Assembly (NCBI RefSeq): GCF_009914755.1
Contig: NC_060940.1
Origin: the human T2T-CHM13v2.0 reference genome, Homo sapiens
DNA length: 64,000 nt
Strand: one strand, 5' to 3'
Part shown: positions 1 to 15,288 of the stretch, in pieces
How positions within the stretch are numbered: the stretch's first letter is position 1
Layout: each line of letters starts with the position of its first letter
Translations under genes and position numbers: made by a program
The notes under the pieces: model-generated
The model's database searches: none
Seen by the model: the letters and a program-made list of their open reading frames with translations, nothing else
What the model was told of the DNA's origin: nothing

Positions 1-647
1 TAATATCTTTATGACTTTGGGGCAGGGAAGGATTTCTTTAACAAGATCTCCAAAGCACAAACTGTAGGAGAAAATACTGATGACTTTGATGTCAAAATTT
101 TAAAACTTCTGTTTAAAATAATTGTCGTAAATAAAGTGAAAATGCAAGTCTCACAGATTAGAAGTTATCAGCAATGCAACTAATGGTCTAAGAGTAAGTG
201 TCCACACTCTGTAAAGAACTTCTGAAAATCTACACATAAAAGACAAGCAAGAAAATAGAAAGATGGAGGCCGGGTGCAGCGGTTCACACCTGTAATCCCA
301 GCACGTTGGGAGGGCAAGGTGGGCAGATCGCCTGAGCTCAGGAGTTCAAGACCAGCCTGAGCAACATGATGAAACCCCATCTCTACTAAAAATACAAAAA
401 TTATCTGGGTATGGTGGCACATGCCTGTAATCCCAGCCACTTAGGAGGCTGAGGCAGGAGAATTGCTTAAACCTGGGAGGCAGAGGTTGCAGTCAGCCAA
501 GATCCGGCCACTGCACTCCAGTCTGGGTAGCAGAGTGAGACTCTGTCTTAAGAAAGAAAGGAAGAAAGAGAGAGAGAGAGAAAGAAAGAAAGAGAGAGAG
601 AGAAAGAAAGAGAAAGAAAGAAAGAAAAAGAAAGAGAGAGAGAGGGA

Positions 648-691
<44 letters not shown>

Positions 692-1210
692 GAGAAAGAA
701 AGAAAGAAAGACAGGCAAAGGGAGCCACAAGCAAGTCAGAGAAGAGAAAACATGTGTGGTTACTAAGTGTCTGAAGAACCAGTGCCTTTGCTGGCTGAGA
801 CATTGCAAGTCAAAGCCACATCACGATGCTTGTCCATGCCCAGCACTTTGGCAAAACTTTAAAAACCTGGCCACCCGGGTGATGGAGGGCGGGAAGGGAA
901 GCGGGCATCGTGCACTTTGCTGAAAAGAGGGTGGCTGCATGCAACGGCCAGTGCAGTGGACAGTGTGTGTGCCCCACAGCCAGATGCCCTTCTTTTAAGC
1001 ACAAGCCTCTACGGTTCACAGTAGTGTCGCCCAGGATAGCAGGCAACCTGGAAGCATCCATTGACAGAATGAATAAATAAATTATGGCAAATTCACACAA
1101 GGGGACACTGGAGCCATGACAAGAAATGAACTAAGGCTACGTGGATACAGGTCCAAAGCAGAATGTCAAGGCAGAAAGGCTGAACGGTGGATACTGCATA
1201 GCTCTGTGTA
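1..1210 (+). mobile_element. Old L1M fragments interrupted by an Alu
   Basis: A-rich degenerate L1 3'-type sequence on both sides of the Alu at 268. Confidence 0.5.
268..711 (+). mobile_element. Alu with tail expanded into (GAAA/GA)n (550-711)
   Basis: GGCCGGGTG...GAGACTCTGTCT dimer followed by about 160 bp of purine microsatellite. Confidence 0.95.
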
Positions 1211-1319
1211 CACAGGGCTGGAACCATGCCTGGGAAAGGAGCTACATGGGAGCTTGGGAGCTCCTTCCTGCTCCTCACTCCCCTTCTCAGGGAGAACTGC
1301 ATGGGGAGAGCATGGTGCT

Positions 1320-1872
1320 TGTGGCAGTGTGTGTGCACGTATGTGTGAGCACGTGGCACGGTGCATGCATGGATGTGTGAGCACGTGGCACGGTGCATGC
1401 ATGGATGTATGACTGTGGCAGTGTGTGTGCACATATGTGTGAACGTGTGGCAATGTGCATGCGTGGATGTGTGAACGTGTGGCAGTGTGCGTGCATGGAT
1501 GTGTGTTTGTGGCGGTGTGTGTGCACGTATGTGTGAGCATGTGGCACTGTGCATTCACGGATGTGTGAGTGTGTGGCAGCGTGCATGCGTGGATGTGTGT
1601 GGCAGTGTGCATGCACGTATGTGTGAGCATGTGGCAGTGTGCATGCACGTATGTGTGAGTGTGTGGCAGCGTGCATGCGTGGATGTGTGTTTGTGGCAGT
1701 GTGCATGCACGTATGTCTGAGCACGTGGCAGTGTGCACGCATGGATGTGTGATCGTGTGGCCGTGTACGTGTGCCAGCGTGTATGTGAAAGACGTGTTTG
1801 TGTGGGTGTGTGACAATGCTTGTGTGTGTCTGAGTGTGCGTGGTGTGTGATGATGAGTGTGAGTGTGAGCGT
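1320..1872 (+). repeat. GT-rich VNTR, ~32-bp unit GTGGCAGTGTGTGTGCACGTATGTGTGAGCAC
   Basis: Tandem degenerate copies; source of the His/Thr/Cys/Val ORFs. Confidence 0.9.
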
Positions 1873-2111
1873 GCCGAGGACGAGGTTTCAAGGCTCCCCG
1901 GATGCATATGTCCTTCCTGGGCCACTGCCCAGATCCTGACTCCCTCTTCGGCCCCTGCCAGTCACAGGGCATGGGGCCACTTGTGCCACGGGGGTCTGGG
2001 AGGAATGAGGCTCCTGGCCTTTTTTGCCCGAGGGAGTGGGTCATGCAGGGCCAGGCTGAGCACCTGGGGCTTTTTGGAGACGGCTCCCACCGGGTGTGCT
2101 GCCCTTGCCGT

Positions 2112-2125
2112 CCAGCAGGTGGCGC
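2112..2125 (+). promoter_or_regulatory. Candidate CTCF site
   Basis: CCAGCAGGTGGCGC matches CCASYAGRKGGCRS exactly, in a CpG-enriched patch. Confidence 0.55.
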
Positions 2126-2794
2126 GCCCGGGCAGGTTCCAGAGGTCGTCAGGCGTCCCGCCCACCCCCTTTTGCAGGCGGGGAAACTGAGGCTGGACTT
2201 CTCCTTCCCCTGAATACCAGGGAATCCATTCCCCCAGTCCACGTGCTTATGGGGCCTGGCTGAGTTCTGGGGTTGGGAGCCATGGTGAGCAGAACAGACG
2301 GGGCCTCCCCGTCCGGAGCTTGCGTCCCAGTGAGGACACCGGGAGGCGACCCGTGGGGAGCGCCCGACCCTGAGACACTGCCGCTCACCCCACACCCAGC
2401 ACAGTTTGCACGTGAGACCCCCAGCGTCTGCAGCCCTGGGCCGTCCTGGGGCCTACGCAGCCATTGCTGTGCACCGCGCACCTCTCCTGTTAGCCCGAAA
2501 ACCCCTGCGAGAGTCCCGCCTCCTCCACCTCCGTGTGTTTCGGGGACAGGCAGCCCATCCTGGTGGACAGAGTGTGGGGGCACAGGGTCCGCACACCCGG
2601 TCCACGAGGCTCCACCACGCTCGAGCTGTGCGGCCATGGGCAGGCTGCGTGGCCTCTCAAGTGGGGTCAATGATGGTCACCACCACAGAGGGTCGTGGGG
2701 GTGCTGACCAGGTGTGAGAATGCCTTGCAAAGGCTCCAGTCTCCCCACACAGGTGCGCAGCCATACCGGCCCTGCTTTTGTTGGAGGGTGTAGA

Positions 2795-3660
<866 letters not shown>

Positions 3661-4889
3661 CAGGGGCTCAGGTAGAGGGACACCACAGGAGAGTGGAGGA
3701 GGCAGGGCGCCCCCACAGGAGTCTGGCTACAGCAGGGCTGAGAAGTGGGCTGGCTCCCGGCTCCCTGTGGCTCTGAGACCCAGCTTGGCGGTAGCTGCAC
3801 CTGGGCCAGGTGGGCAGCTCGGGCTGGGAGCAGACGGCTCCTACCCCGACTCGGCACAGTGCTATGCCCGGCTGTGCACATAGCCCTCCAGGCGGCACCT
3901 TCACTGCACTTGGCCGGGTGTCCTTCCCCCTCCCTGGCCTGTGGGTGCTTTGAGGACATGCCTGAGGAGGTGCTCCAGGCCGAGGCATGGTGAGAAAGAG
4001 TGGGCTCCGCATATGTGGGTCAGCACTGGAGTCCTGCCTCCACCACTCTCAAGCATAAGTGGCGGACTTTACCCCAGAGCCTCAGTCTTCTCATCTGTAC
4101 AAGGGGCTAATAATACCTAGCTCACAGGGCTGTTGTACGGGTGAGACCGGACAATGCCTGTCAAGTATGTGGCATAGAGTAGGTGCACAAGGTGTGCGAC
4201 ATTACAAATACAAATGCTCCTGGAAAGGATGGATGAATGAATGCAGAGATGACCCACCCTTTGGTTTCCATTGGGAAGTGACCCGGCCCTGGATTAGGGG
4301 GGCTGTCAGCAGGGTCCTCTGGAGTGGGGGGCGGGATCAGATCCCAGATGTGCATGTGGCTCCGGCTTGGCATTTCCTTAGAGGGACAAGATTTCCTCAG
4401 GGGCAGAGAGGAGAGAGTCCACCTAACACCCACGTGTTTGAGAGAAAGCAAAGCTTCCACTGGAGGAATGCTGGAGTCAGATAACAGACGATGCTCTGAG
4501 GCTCCAGAGGGAACATGAGCACTTCGGAGGCGTTGGATCCAGCAGGAGGATTTCTGAATCAGGTGGAATGAAAGGTGCACGCTGGATCACGAGGTTTTCT
4601 GCAGCACGTGTCAGAGATTCCCTGCCAGTGACTCACTTTTTCAATGAGTCCTGAAATTCATTCATGCCGAGAGGAGCGATGGATGACAGACCCCTTGTAA
4701 TCAGCAAGGGTTCTGTTCTCAGAACAGAGGGCTCGGGAGCCCCACGAGAGAGAGGACACCTTACAGAGGCCCCGAGCCCAGGCCTCTCCCTGCGCTGTTA
4801 GCCTGGCTGGAACATAGCAGCCAAGCACGTTTAGCTTCTGTTTGTAGGAGGAAAGGGAGTGGAAGCAGCAGTTCTGGGGGAAGCCTTAG

Positions 4890-5234
<345 letters not shown>

Positions 5235-5330
5235 GCTTCTTTATTTTTTTAAGGTTACATGTTTCTGTGCGACTGTGCTTGCTGTTCTCCTAGTGGAGGT
5301 GCTATGGCCTTCATACCAATGGACGCACAG

Positions 5331-5658
5331 TGATACGGGCTGAGTGTGTCCCCCTCAAAATTCCTATGTTGAAGTCCTAACACTCAAAATGATGGCATCG
5401 CGAGATGAGGCCTGTGGTAGGTGATGAGGTCCAGAGGGAGCCTCGTGAATGGGATTCATGCCCCTCTTCCTTCATGTGAGGACACGGTGAGAAGGCGTCA
5501 TCTGTGAACCAGGAAGCAAGCCCTCACCAGACACCGAGTCTCCCGGGGCCTTGATCTTGGACTTCCCAGCCTCCAGAAGTGTGAGAAACAAATTTCTGTT
5601 GTTTAGAAGCCACCCAGTCCATGGAGTTTTTATTATAGCAGCCCACGCGGACTAATAC
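5331..5658 (+). mobile_element. MaLR LTR MLT1A0-like
   Basis: GTGTCCCCCTCAAAATTCCTATGTTGAAG...CTTGATCTTGGACTTCCCAGCCTCCAGAA...GACTAATACA. Confidence 0.8.
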
Positions 5659-5721
5659 ACATAGACATCTAGAGATAAAGCAGTTATAATTGTTAGTTTT
5701 TGTCACTCGGTCAGAGTTTAA

Positions 5722-6043
<322 letters not shown>

Positions 6044-7673
6044 AAGTATGATTGTTTTAAATGAACCATCAAACACTGCCTTAAAGGTCCCCGTGTGTCC
6101 TCTCTGAGCCGATTCAACAAAACTACACAGCCAGGAAGCAATCCTGGGTACAGAAGAAGCTTCACACGTAAAGATGCTCATCATAGTGTTATTCACAATA
6201 GAAAATATTGGAAGCAACTTACACGTCCAACAAGAGGAGATGGTAGAATAAATGATTCCGTTTTCTCTAGATGGAATATTGTGGGATCATCAAAAGAGAT
6301 GGTTTAAAAAAGGAGACAGCGATGGTTAGAAATGTTAAAATGTGCCTATCCTGGAACCCCACAATTTCACTTCCCAGAATTTATCCCAAAGACAGGCACA
6401 AGGGCAAGCATGAAGAAACAAGAGTAATGGGGTTTCACAATTATTGCGAAAAGTCGGAAACCACTCACGGTCACTCCGTAGAGGCTGGGTGACATGAACC
6501 GATGAACTTGCACAGAACGGAATGCAGTGACAGGGCTAGATTAGAAACAGACGGGCAAGTTCAAGGACCTAGTGAAGGGGCGGGTTATCAAGGTGTGTTG
6601 AGGAGGGGGTGAAAGGAGGTTGTCGAAGGATAGGAAGCAGCACAGGACTGGAAAGAGGGAAGCTGGGACCACCCGTAGGCCCAAACAGAAATGAGGCTTT
6701 CAGAAGAGAAGGAGGCTCCCGCCCATCGCCAGCGTCCAGGAGGAGACAGTGGGTAGGCACACCCCGCTCTCCTCCCACGCTCTGCTCTGTCCCAGTCTCC
6801 TGTTGGGCAAATCCAACTGAAAGGCAGAGAGTCCGTGGGGTGGGGTAGGTCAGCGCCCAAAGCATGGGGCAGGTGGAAAAGAGAGGAGATTGGATGAGGC
6901 GGGGCTAGCAGGAGAGGCCTCACATAGGGGCAAGCCAGAAAGACAGCGCCACATCTGAAAAGATGCCCGTGTGTGTCCACAAATTCTAAAGGTGACATAT
7001 TTTAGTATCCTCGCTGTCCTAATCTCAGTGGAAGTGTACGAGTATAAAATGAAATAAAAACATTATATGCGTAGATGTATAGTGTGAATATATATCAGTG
7101 TATGCTTATACTTGTGCATACCCATGCATATGATGTAAAAATATATATAGCGGCAAGCAGATCTGTAGGTATGATCTTAAATTTGGAAATCAATCAATCA
7201 ATACATTTATGTGGAGAGTTTTGAAAATCACGATCTGGCAATCCACGCACCACGGGGCTCGCGGTGATGATTCCTGGGTCATGAGACGATGGCGGCTTCC
7301 TGCCCTCCCTCCTCTCGTTACACTTTCGATCTTCTGAATATTTTGCAATGAGTATGTACGGCTCTCACAATGAGAGAAACAGCTATTTAGCAATAAATAA
7401 ATAAATAAAATAAATAAATAATGTTGCAAGGACAAGCAGCGTTTACGAGAATGACAGCGTAACGTGCACTGGTGCCTAATGGAACAACATGAGGTGGGAA
7501 ACGCAGTCCGGTGCCCGCTGTGAGTGTCTGTTTGGTGTGATGATGAGTGAGGATGTGTGTGAGGGGAAGCAGCCCCACCTGGGATGGATCAGAGGAGTTG
7601 GACTTCGATGGGGTGGAGGCCACGTGGGGGGTGATGCTCTTGTTCTTTCTCCACATTCCATGCACAAAACTAA

Positions 7674-7993
<320 letters not shown>

Positions 7994-10199
7994 CCCAAAT
8001 GAGCTTTTAAAGGAGAACAGGAGGCTCAATGATTGGACAAGGAGGAGGCTGGGCTCTGTTTCCAGGGCAGAGGGAGGGGTCAGGTCAGTTCTAGAGGCCG
8101 GCTTTCCCAGTTTACAATGGGGGAAGCCGGGGCCCAGAGGGCAACTGTTGTTAATTAGCGCTGGCGCACTTTTCTCCCCAACCCCATGCGGGTTCTGTCG
8201 CACCTGCTCGCTCTTAGGACTGAATGCCCTACGATCCCCACCGAAAGGATGCTAGAGGTTACAGGAGTGGCCCCCTACCGCTCAGCCAGTAACAGGCTTT
8301 GAACCCTGCTAAACTCCGGTGGCACAGGCTGCGCGAGGCTTGCGTCTCCTCAGAAGGGCCGCTCCTCTCTGGTCAGCAAAATCTCCTCCCCGCCCAGGAA
8401 TCTGGACGGCCCCTGCCATTTGCCTGGTTGTTCCCCTACCCGAGTGCCCTCGATTTTCCCCTCTGGCCCGGGCAGGAGCAGCAGGGCTGGATGCCAGGGC
8501 CCCAGGGGCAGGGAGGTGAGTGGGCAACACTCCTTCCCCCATGGGTAAGGCAGACACCCAGCCTCGGACCACATCAGAGACGCCTAGGGCCCCAGCCACA
8601 GCTGGGATCACTCAGCTGGGTAATGTCTCCACTTCCCGGCCAGGCCAGAGCTTTTCCATCCTGCCAGGACTTTCAAGAAAACAGCTGTCTGGCTGGTGAG
8701 TAGAGGGGCCTGGCCCTGGGTGGCCTTCCTGGCTGGCTGGCCCCAGGGACTCAGCAGGCACAAAAACAGCCTCGCTTCTCCCCAGCTGCCAGCTCAAGGT
8801 CTGAGGGACCCTGACAGGCCTGTCCTCGGCTCAGGGCTGACCCTTCTTCCCTTCCAGGCTGAACAGAAAGCAAAACATCAGCCTGCTGGCCCGTGGGGGT
8901 TGGGAGGGGCGGGTGTCATTGCCCTCTAACAGCCTGGACATTCTTGCAGTCACTTGGGCTCAAGAGGTTTAAAAGTTCCCACTGCTTGGAGGACAAGGAC
9001 AGGCCAAGAGTGTCTGCTGGTGCAGGCAGTGGATGTCTGATTCCCCCAGGGGCAGGGATTTCCGTGGGACTCATGGAGGACTTTGGGGGCCCATGAACCT
9101 AGCAAGAAAAATTTATATGTTTGTTTTCACCAACCTTTAACTCACACACACAGATCCTGGACTCAGGGGGATCAGTCAGCTGTGACTTTGCTGTTCACAG
9201 AGACCTCGATAGGGACCCCGCAGCTAGTGTCCAGACAGACATCTCATAGCAGCACTGTCTTTACCTCCTCTTCCAGGCAGGCACCGTGATCACCCCCACT
9301 TTACAGATGAGAAAAGCCAGGCTGGGGGATGTCATTACTCAGGGTCCCCGGCTTGTGAACTGCTATTCGAACCCAGGTCCATCTGACCCCTTGGGGTTAA
9401 TGCACTAAACCAGAATTGCAGGATTCCACAGCAGCTGACCGCCCCACAGAGGCCCACCTCTAGCAGAGGAGATGGGAAGGTTAGAGCTGGTTATTTAATG
9501 TGCTATAAAGAAACCCCTATCACTGAATCTCATCTAGAGCTATATACGTAACTGGCTTTGATTATAGTCTATGCATTTATTTATGCATTTAAAACATTAT
9601 TCTGGGCAGGGATCCACAGGCTTCAATGGAATGGCAAAAGGATCCATGGCATGAAAAGGGTTAAGAACCCTTGCTTTAGAACCTGCTGGTAAAATAATAA
9701 TGAGGAGGTGGAAAATAGAGTGCCACTTCCATGAGGGCAGGGCCTGCCTGTCTCCACGCACTGCTCTTGTTCTGGCATCTAAAGGAGCTCTTGGTCAGGA
9801 ACAGCATCTGATTTCCCTAAGTTTACACCTTTAACCTGTTCCCATCTCACTATTCCCATTGGTACCATCGAGGCTGTTGTACAGAGTGCCCTGCAAATGC
9901 AGCCTCAAGACAAACCCTTCTGGTGAGGCTGCTGCCGGGACGATTCTCCCATATAAACCCTGGAGCAGCCATGCCCCTCAATAACTACCAATGGGAGAGG
10001 TGAGTTCCAGAGGGGTGTGCAGAAATGGCTCTGCAAAACCAGTCCAGGTGCAAATCCTGGCCCCATGATTCACTAGCTGGGTGACCTTGAGTGATTCCCC
10101 TAACCTTTCTGGCCCTTGTTTCCTTATCTGTGACATAGGCTTCATCATACAACAAGAAAAAATATTCCATATTTGCTTGATCACATATCTGTGCATTTA

Positions 10200-10608
10200 T
10201 TCACCCACCCATCCAACCATTAGACCATTCACTCACCCATTCATCCATCCGTCCATCCATCCACCTATCCATCCATCCAGCCAGCCAGCCAGCCATCCAC
10301 CCATTCCTCCACCCACCCACTCATCAATTCATCCATTCACCCATCCATCCATTCACCCATCCATCCAGTTATCCATCCATTCATCCATCTACCCATCCAT
10401 CCACCCATTCCTCCACCCACCCACCCATCAATTCATCCATCCATCCATCCATCCATTCACCTATTCACCTGCCCATCATTCACCCATCCATCCATCTACT
10501 CATCCATCCATTCACCCATCCACCTACCCACCCACGCATTCATTCACCCATCCATCTATTCATCTACTCATCCACCCATCCACCCATCACTCCATCTACC
10601 CATCCATT
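10200..10608 (+). repeat. (CCAT/CCAC/TCAT)n degenerate tetranucleotide repeat
   Basis: About 400 bp of CATC-type units. Confidence 0.92.
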
Positions 10609-11171
10609 CTATTTTTCGATGGGTTTCAGAATACATACATTTCCCCCTAAATACTTCCACATGCAAATCATTAATCAGGCTTTCATATTTCAGAAACTTA
10701 ATTTTACTTCTAGAAATTAAGGTGGCCAAGTCCTGCCTCCTTCTTGCCTCTCCCTACTCCCACCCTGCCGCTCCAGGCTGAGATATCCTAGGGCAAGAAC
10801 TAACAGGACCCTCTGAACTCCTCCCGGGCCCCTGGTTTCTGGAGACCCCTCTATGGAGGAGAATCTAAGGACAGCCTGAAGTTGGGGGGTGTGTGTGTGG
10901 TGGGGCGGGATGGCGGGGAGGGGTTGCTCCTCCTGAAGCCCTTCAGTGACAGCCAAGCACTTGCTTGTCTGGCTGTTGAGGCTTTTGCTTAACTTCCCCT
11001 GGGTGTCTCACCAGCTCTGGCACTGGTGCAAGCTCATCACCTTGGACCAGCTGCCTGTAGAGGTAGTGAGCTCGCCATCACTGGAAGTGATTAAGCAAAG
11101 ACTGAAAGAAGCTCTGGTGGAGGTGGGAGAATGTTGTAGAGAAAATTTAACCCAGAACAGGGTTAAACTAC

Positions 11172-11390
11172 ATCAGGGCTTCTCAACTTCTGCGCTGTTG
11201 ATATTTTGGGCTGGATAACTCTGTTATGGAGGCTGACCTGTGCACCGCAGGGCATCCTGCAATAGTTCTGGTCTCAATCCATTATATGCCAGTAGCACCC
11301 ACCCCCTAAGCAAAATGAAAACCAAAAATGCCTCCCGTCATCACCAAATGTTCCCTGGGGGTGAACTTGACCCCAGGAGAGAACATCTGG
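11172..11390 (+). mobile_element. MER20-like DNA transposon
   Basis: CAGGGCTTCTCAAC...ATTTTGGGCTGGATAA...AACCAAAAATGCCTCC...CCAAATGTTCCCTGGGG. Confidence 0.75.
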
Positions 11391-12070
11391 ATTAGAGGAA
11401 ACCTACGGTCCCTTGGACCTTGAAATTCCAGGGTTGATCCTGCTCCCCAGGGCACCTCCCTCCTCAGTCCCCTCTGTTCATGGTCCTGTAGCCTTTCCAT
11501 TGCCATGGAAACTGGAATCGTCTTTGCCTCTTTTTCTTCCTTTGCCCACCCCATTTACGCATTCTTTCAACTAACAAAACCCCATGTGCTGGGCCCAGGG
11601 GACATGGATGCAAACAGCCCCTGTCTCCTCTTCTGGGGCGAGAGTAACAATGGTCTGACTTCCCTAAGCGGTTTGAGGATTAAGTGAGACGGACAATGCC
11701 AGGAAACGTGCCAAGCAAAATGCGAGCGTGCGGTGGACGTCGTCAGCTCTTAGAATTCTAAGCTCTGCAGAGGAGGGGGGCGCCGGGCAATAGAAGAGGC
11801 CTGCCGTTGGAAGCAGGGTCTGCAGGGTAGAGGCGCCCTGGGCAGCAGGGCGCAGCAGGGGCGGGGTTGGAAGCAGCATGTGTGTAGTCACAGAAAAGCC
11901 AGGGAGGCAAGTATCCCAAAGCCCCAGAACCAGTCTTGGGGCTTGGTCCTCACCCCAGGGGCGCAATGCCCCTGGAGGGTTTTAAGAAGAGTGAGTGGCA
12001 TGGATGGGGAGTGAGAAGGGGGCAGGAGTGGGGACGAAAAGACTAGCAGGCAGGCAGTTTCAGCAGCCCG

Positions 12071-12757
12071 GGAACTAGGCCGTGGGGGCTGGACCCAGTG
12101 AGGGAGAAAGAGCCTGGGGGCGGAGCCAGGGTTTTGGAGGAGGAGCCAGACCTCCCGGGGTGGGGCCATGACTGGGGGAGGAGCCATATCTCCTGGGGGT
12201 GGAACGAGGTCTCCTGGGGGTGGAGCCAGGCTTCCTAGGGTGGAGCTAGGCCTGGGGGCGGAGCCAGGCTCCTGCAGAGAACCCACGTCCCCTGGGGTTG
12301 GGGCCATAACTGAGGGGAGAATCCAGATTTCCCTGAGGTGGAACTAGGTCTCCTGGGGATGGGGCCAAGCCTGGAGCAGCAGCCAGACCTCAAGGGGTGG
12401 GGCCAGGCCTCCTGGGGTGGTGCTTTGCTTGGGGATGAGGCCATGACTGTGGGAGGAACCAGATCTCCTTGGGGTGGAACCCCGTCTCCTAGGGGTGGGG
12501 CTAGGACCGGAGTAGGTGCCAGGATCTTGGGGCTGGAGCTAGGCCTGGAGGAGAAGCCAGACCTCAAGGGGCAGGGCTAGGCCTTTGGGTGGGGCCAGGA
12601 CTCCTGGAGGTGGGGCCATGCTTGAGGGAGGAGCCAGTTGTCCCTTGGGCAGGGCCAAGTAGGGGTGGGGCCAGGCCTTTGGGAGCTAAGGGAGGTCCAG
12701 AGGGTGGGGCCAATCCTGGGGCGGGTCTACGCTTGGGAAGGGCCGAGCCCAGCCCTG
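12071..12757 (+). repeat. Degenerate G-rich minisatellite, ~20-bp period (GGGGTGGRGCCAGG...)
   Basis: About 30 GGGGTGGGGCC/GGGGCGGAGCC/GGAGGAGCC cores at roughly 18-21 bp spacing. Confidence 0.8.
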
Positions 12758-14214
12758 GTTGGAGAAGGAAATCAGAAGGGACGCCTCCTTGCTGGCCTTC
12801 TGGCTGAGCCTCAGAGCCTGGTTTTCACAGGGCGCCTTCATCTTTCGTCAACATCTGTCCAAATAGTACCTTTAAAAATCATTGCCAAAGCGTTTGCTCC
12901 TAAGGATTGGAAACGACCATCGGCAGGGGACGGGTTAAACCGATTAAGGTGACTGACACCGCGCAGTGATGCGCAGCCAGTGTAACGGCCCTGTGGAGGA
13001 CATCTAGGTGCATCGTCTGGTAGAAGGTACGAGGGCAGACAGCATGGTCTGCATGCTCTATGCCACCATTTGGGCTCAAAAGCAAAACAACATACAATCA
13101 CGTGGTTATCTACTCATCCAGAATTTCTGGAAAGACCCCAAGAAAGTGGTCACATTGCTTGCCTCTAGGAAGCTGGGAGCGGGACAGGGCTGTGAGGGAC
13201 ATGTCTCACTTTATTTTCACTTTATTCCTGAGCCAGCCGGGGCTGCGTGTGGCATTGGGCCACAGAACCAGACACAGGGCTCAGTGCGCTAAGGCGAGGG
13301 TTTCGTCCCGGGATGGGTGGCATCCAGGCACAGGCAGTCCTAGCCAGGCAGCAGCTCCACTGGAACAGCAACCTCACCCACTCCTGTCCTCTTGACTGCA
13401 AGACGGTGGCTCCACCGCCAAGGTCACGAGGTGTACCAGGCTGGAGGGAGAGCAGTGTACGGTACAGCCGAGGGAAAGGCTTTTCCAGAAGCCCCTGAAC
13501 TGACCTGCAGGTCTCACTGGCAGCGCTGGGCACATGGCCCTGCCAGGCACAGAGAAGGTCATTTCTCAGCGGCACCCTGGTGCGCTGGACAGAGCTGGAG
13601 CTCTGTAGGAAGTGAGCATGGAGCTGGGGCTGGCACCTTTGCACCTCAGGAAATTTGCACTCTGTAACCCAGTTCCCTGCCTAATAGATTCAGCATCAGC
13701 CAAGGAACCAAGTGAGAACGTGCCCAGGGGAGCCAACTGCTTGTCCCCTCATCCGCACCCCCAGCTCATGTCTGTGGCACGGCCTGGGTGCAGGACCCCC
13801 CCCCCCCCGCCCCCTGTGGGAGCAGAGGCAGGCACGACTTGGTGGAAGGAGGTTCGAGGCAGCAGGGCCCTGCTTCCTGCTGGCGGGAGGATGGGGGCCG
13901 TGCCAGGTGACAGGTGAGATGGCAGATGGTGGCAGAGGGGGGTGCCAGTCTGGGAAGTAATGAGGTAGCTCATTATCAGGCAATGTTTGTTTGTGGCCGA
14001 GAACTCAGCGCCAGCCCAACTCAGCTCGGCCCAGGTTGGAGGCCTGCTGCTGCGCATTTAGAGAGAGCACAGCCCTGTCTGCATGCAGGGTCCTAGCTGC
14101 CCCTCTGTAAAAAATGCCTCTTGGTCAGCCGGAGATGTGCTTCAGATGCAGATCCCGGGCTCTGTTACCCAGAGACTGAAACCTGGTGGGTCAGAAGGAG
14201 CTCAGCAACCTGCA

Positions 14215-14519
<305 letters not shown>

Positions 14520-14856
14520 TCAACCTGCATTTTTAGACAAGCTCCCAGGTGATTGGGATGCAGAAAGTCCCTGGCTTGACTAACTACAGATTTATATCCA
14601 GATGCAGTTTCTTGGGCACCTCTATGGGTGGGCACACCTCTACACCTGCTGCACACATTCGGTTCTGTTTGGTCCTCACTGGAGGATCGCTACCCATGAG
14701 GTCAAACTATCACCACCCCATTTCACAGACAAGGAAATGCAAGCCCAGAGAGGTGCAGTCCCGTGGTCTAGGTCACACAGCGCTTCCGGAGGACCCTGCA
14801 CCTGGCAGACAGCCTTGGCCTCCCGGGCCCACAAAGCCTTTGCAGCTGCTCTGTCC

Positions 14857-15166
14857 TGTTTGTTTGTTTGTTTGTTTGTTTTGAGACAGAGTCTTGCTCT
14901 GTCACCCAGGCTGGAATGCAATGGAGCAATCTTGGCTGACTGCAACCTCTGCCTCCTGGGTTCAAGCAATTCTCCTGCCTCAGCCTCCTGAGTAGCTGGG
15001 ATTACAGGCACGTGCCACCACGCCTGGCTACTTTTTGTGTTTTTTAAGTAGAGACGGTGTTTCACCATTTTGGCTAGGCTGGTCTCAAGCTCCTGACCTG
15101 AAGTGATTCGCCCACCTCAGCCTCCTAAAGTGCTGGGATTACAGGCATGAGCCACCACACTTGGCC
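14857..15166 (-). mobile_element. AluS, (GTTT)n tail
   Basis: Antisense Alu dimer. Confidence 0.93.
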
Positions 15167-15288
15167 TGTCCTGTTTGGTCTTGCAACGTATTGAAGGTCT
15201 GGTGCTGTTACCCGCCTTTAACAGACAGGGCAGACTGAGGCTGTAGGGGCTGGGTGACCCTCTGAGTTCCAGCCCTTTCAGGGAGTAG

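Noticed and set aside
180-803. Alu-derived ORFs (LECSG..., PASAS...) here and throughout the window
   Set aside because: Stereotyped Alu translations, not genes.
1093-2395. His/Thr/Cys-rich ORFs up to 409 aa
   Set aside because: Translations of the GT-rich VNTR.
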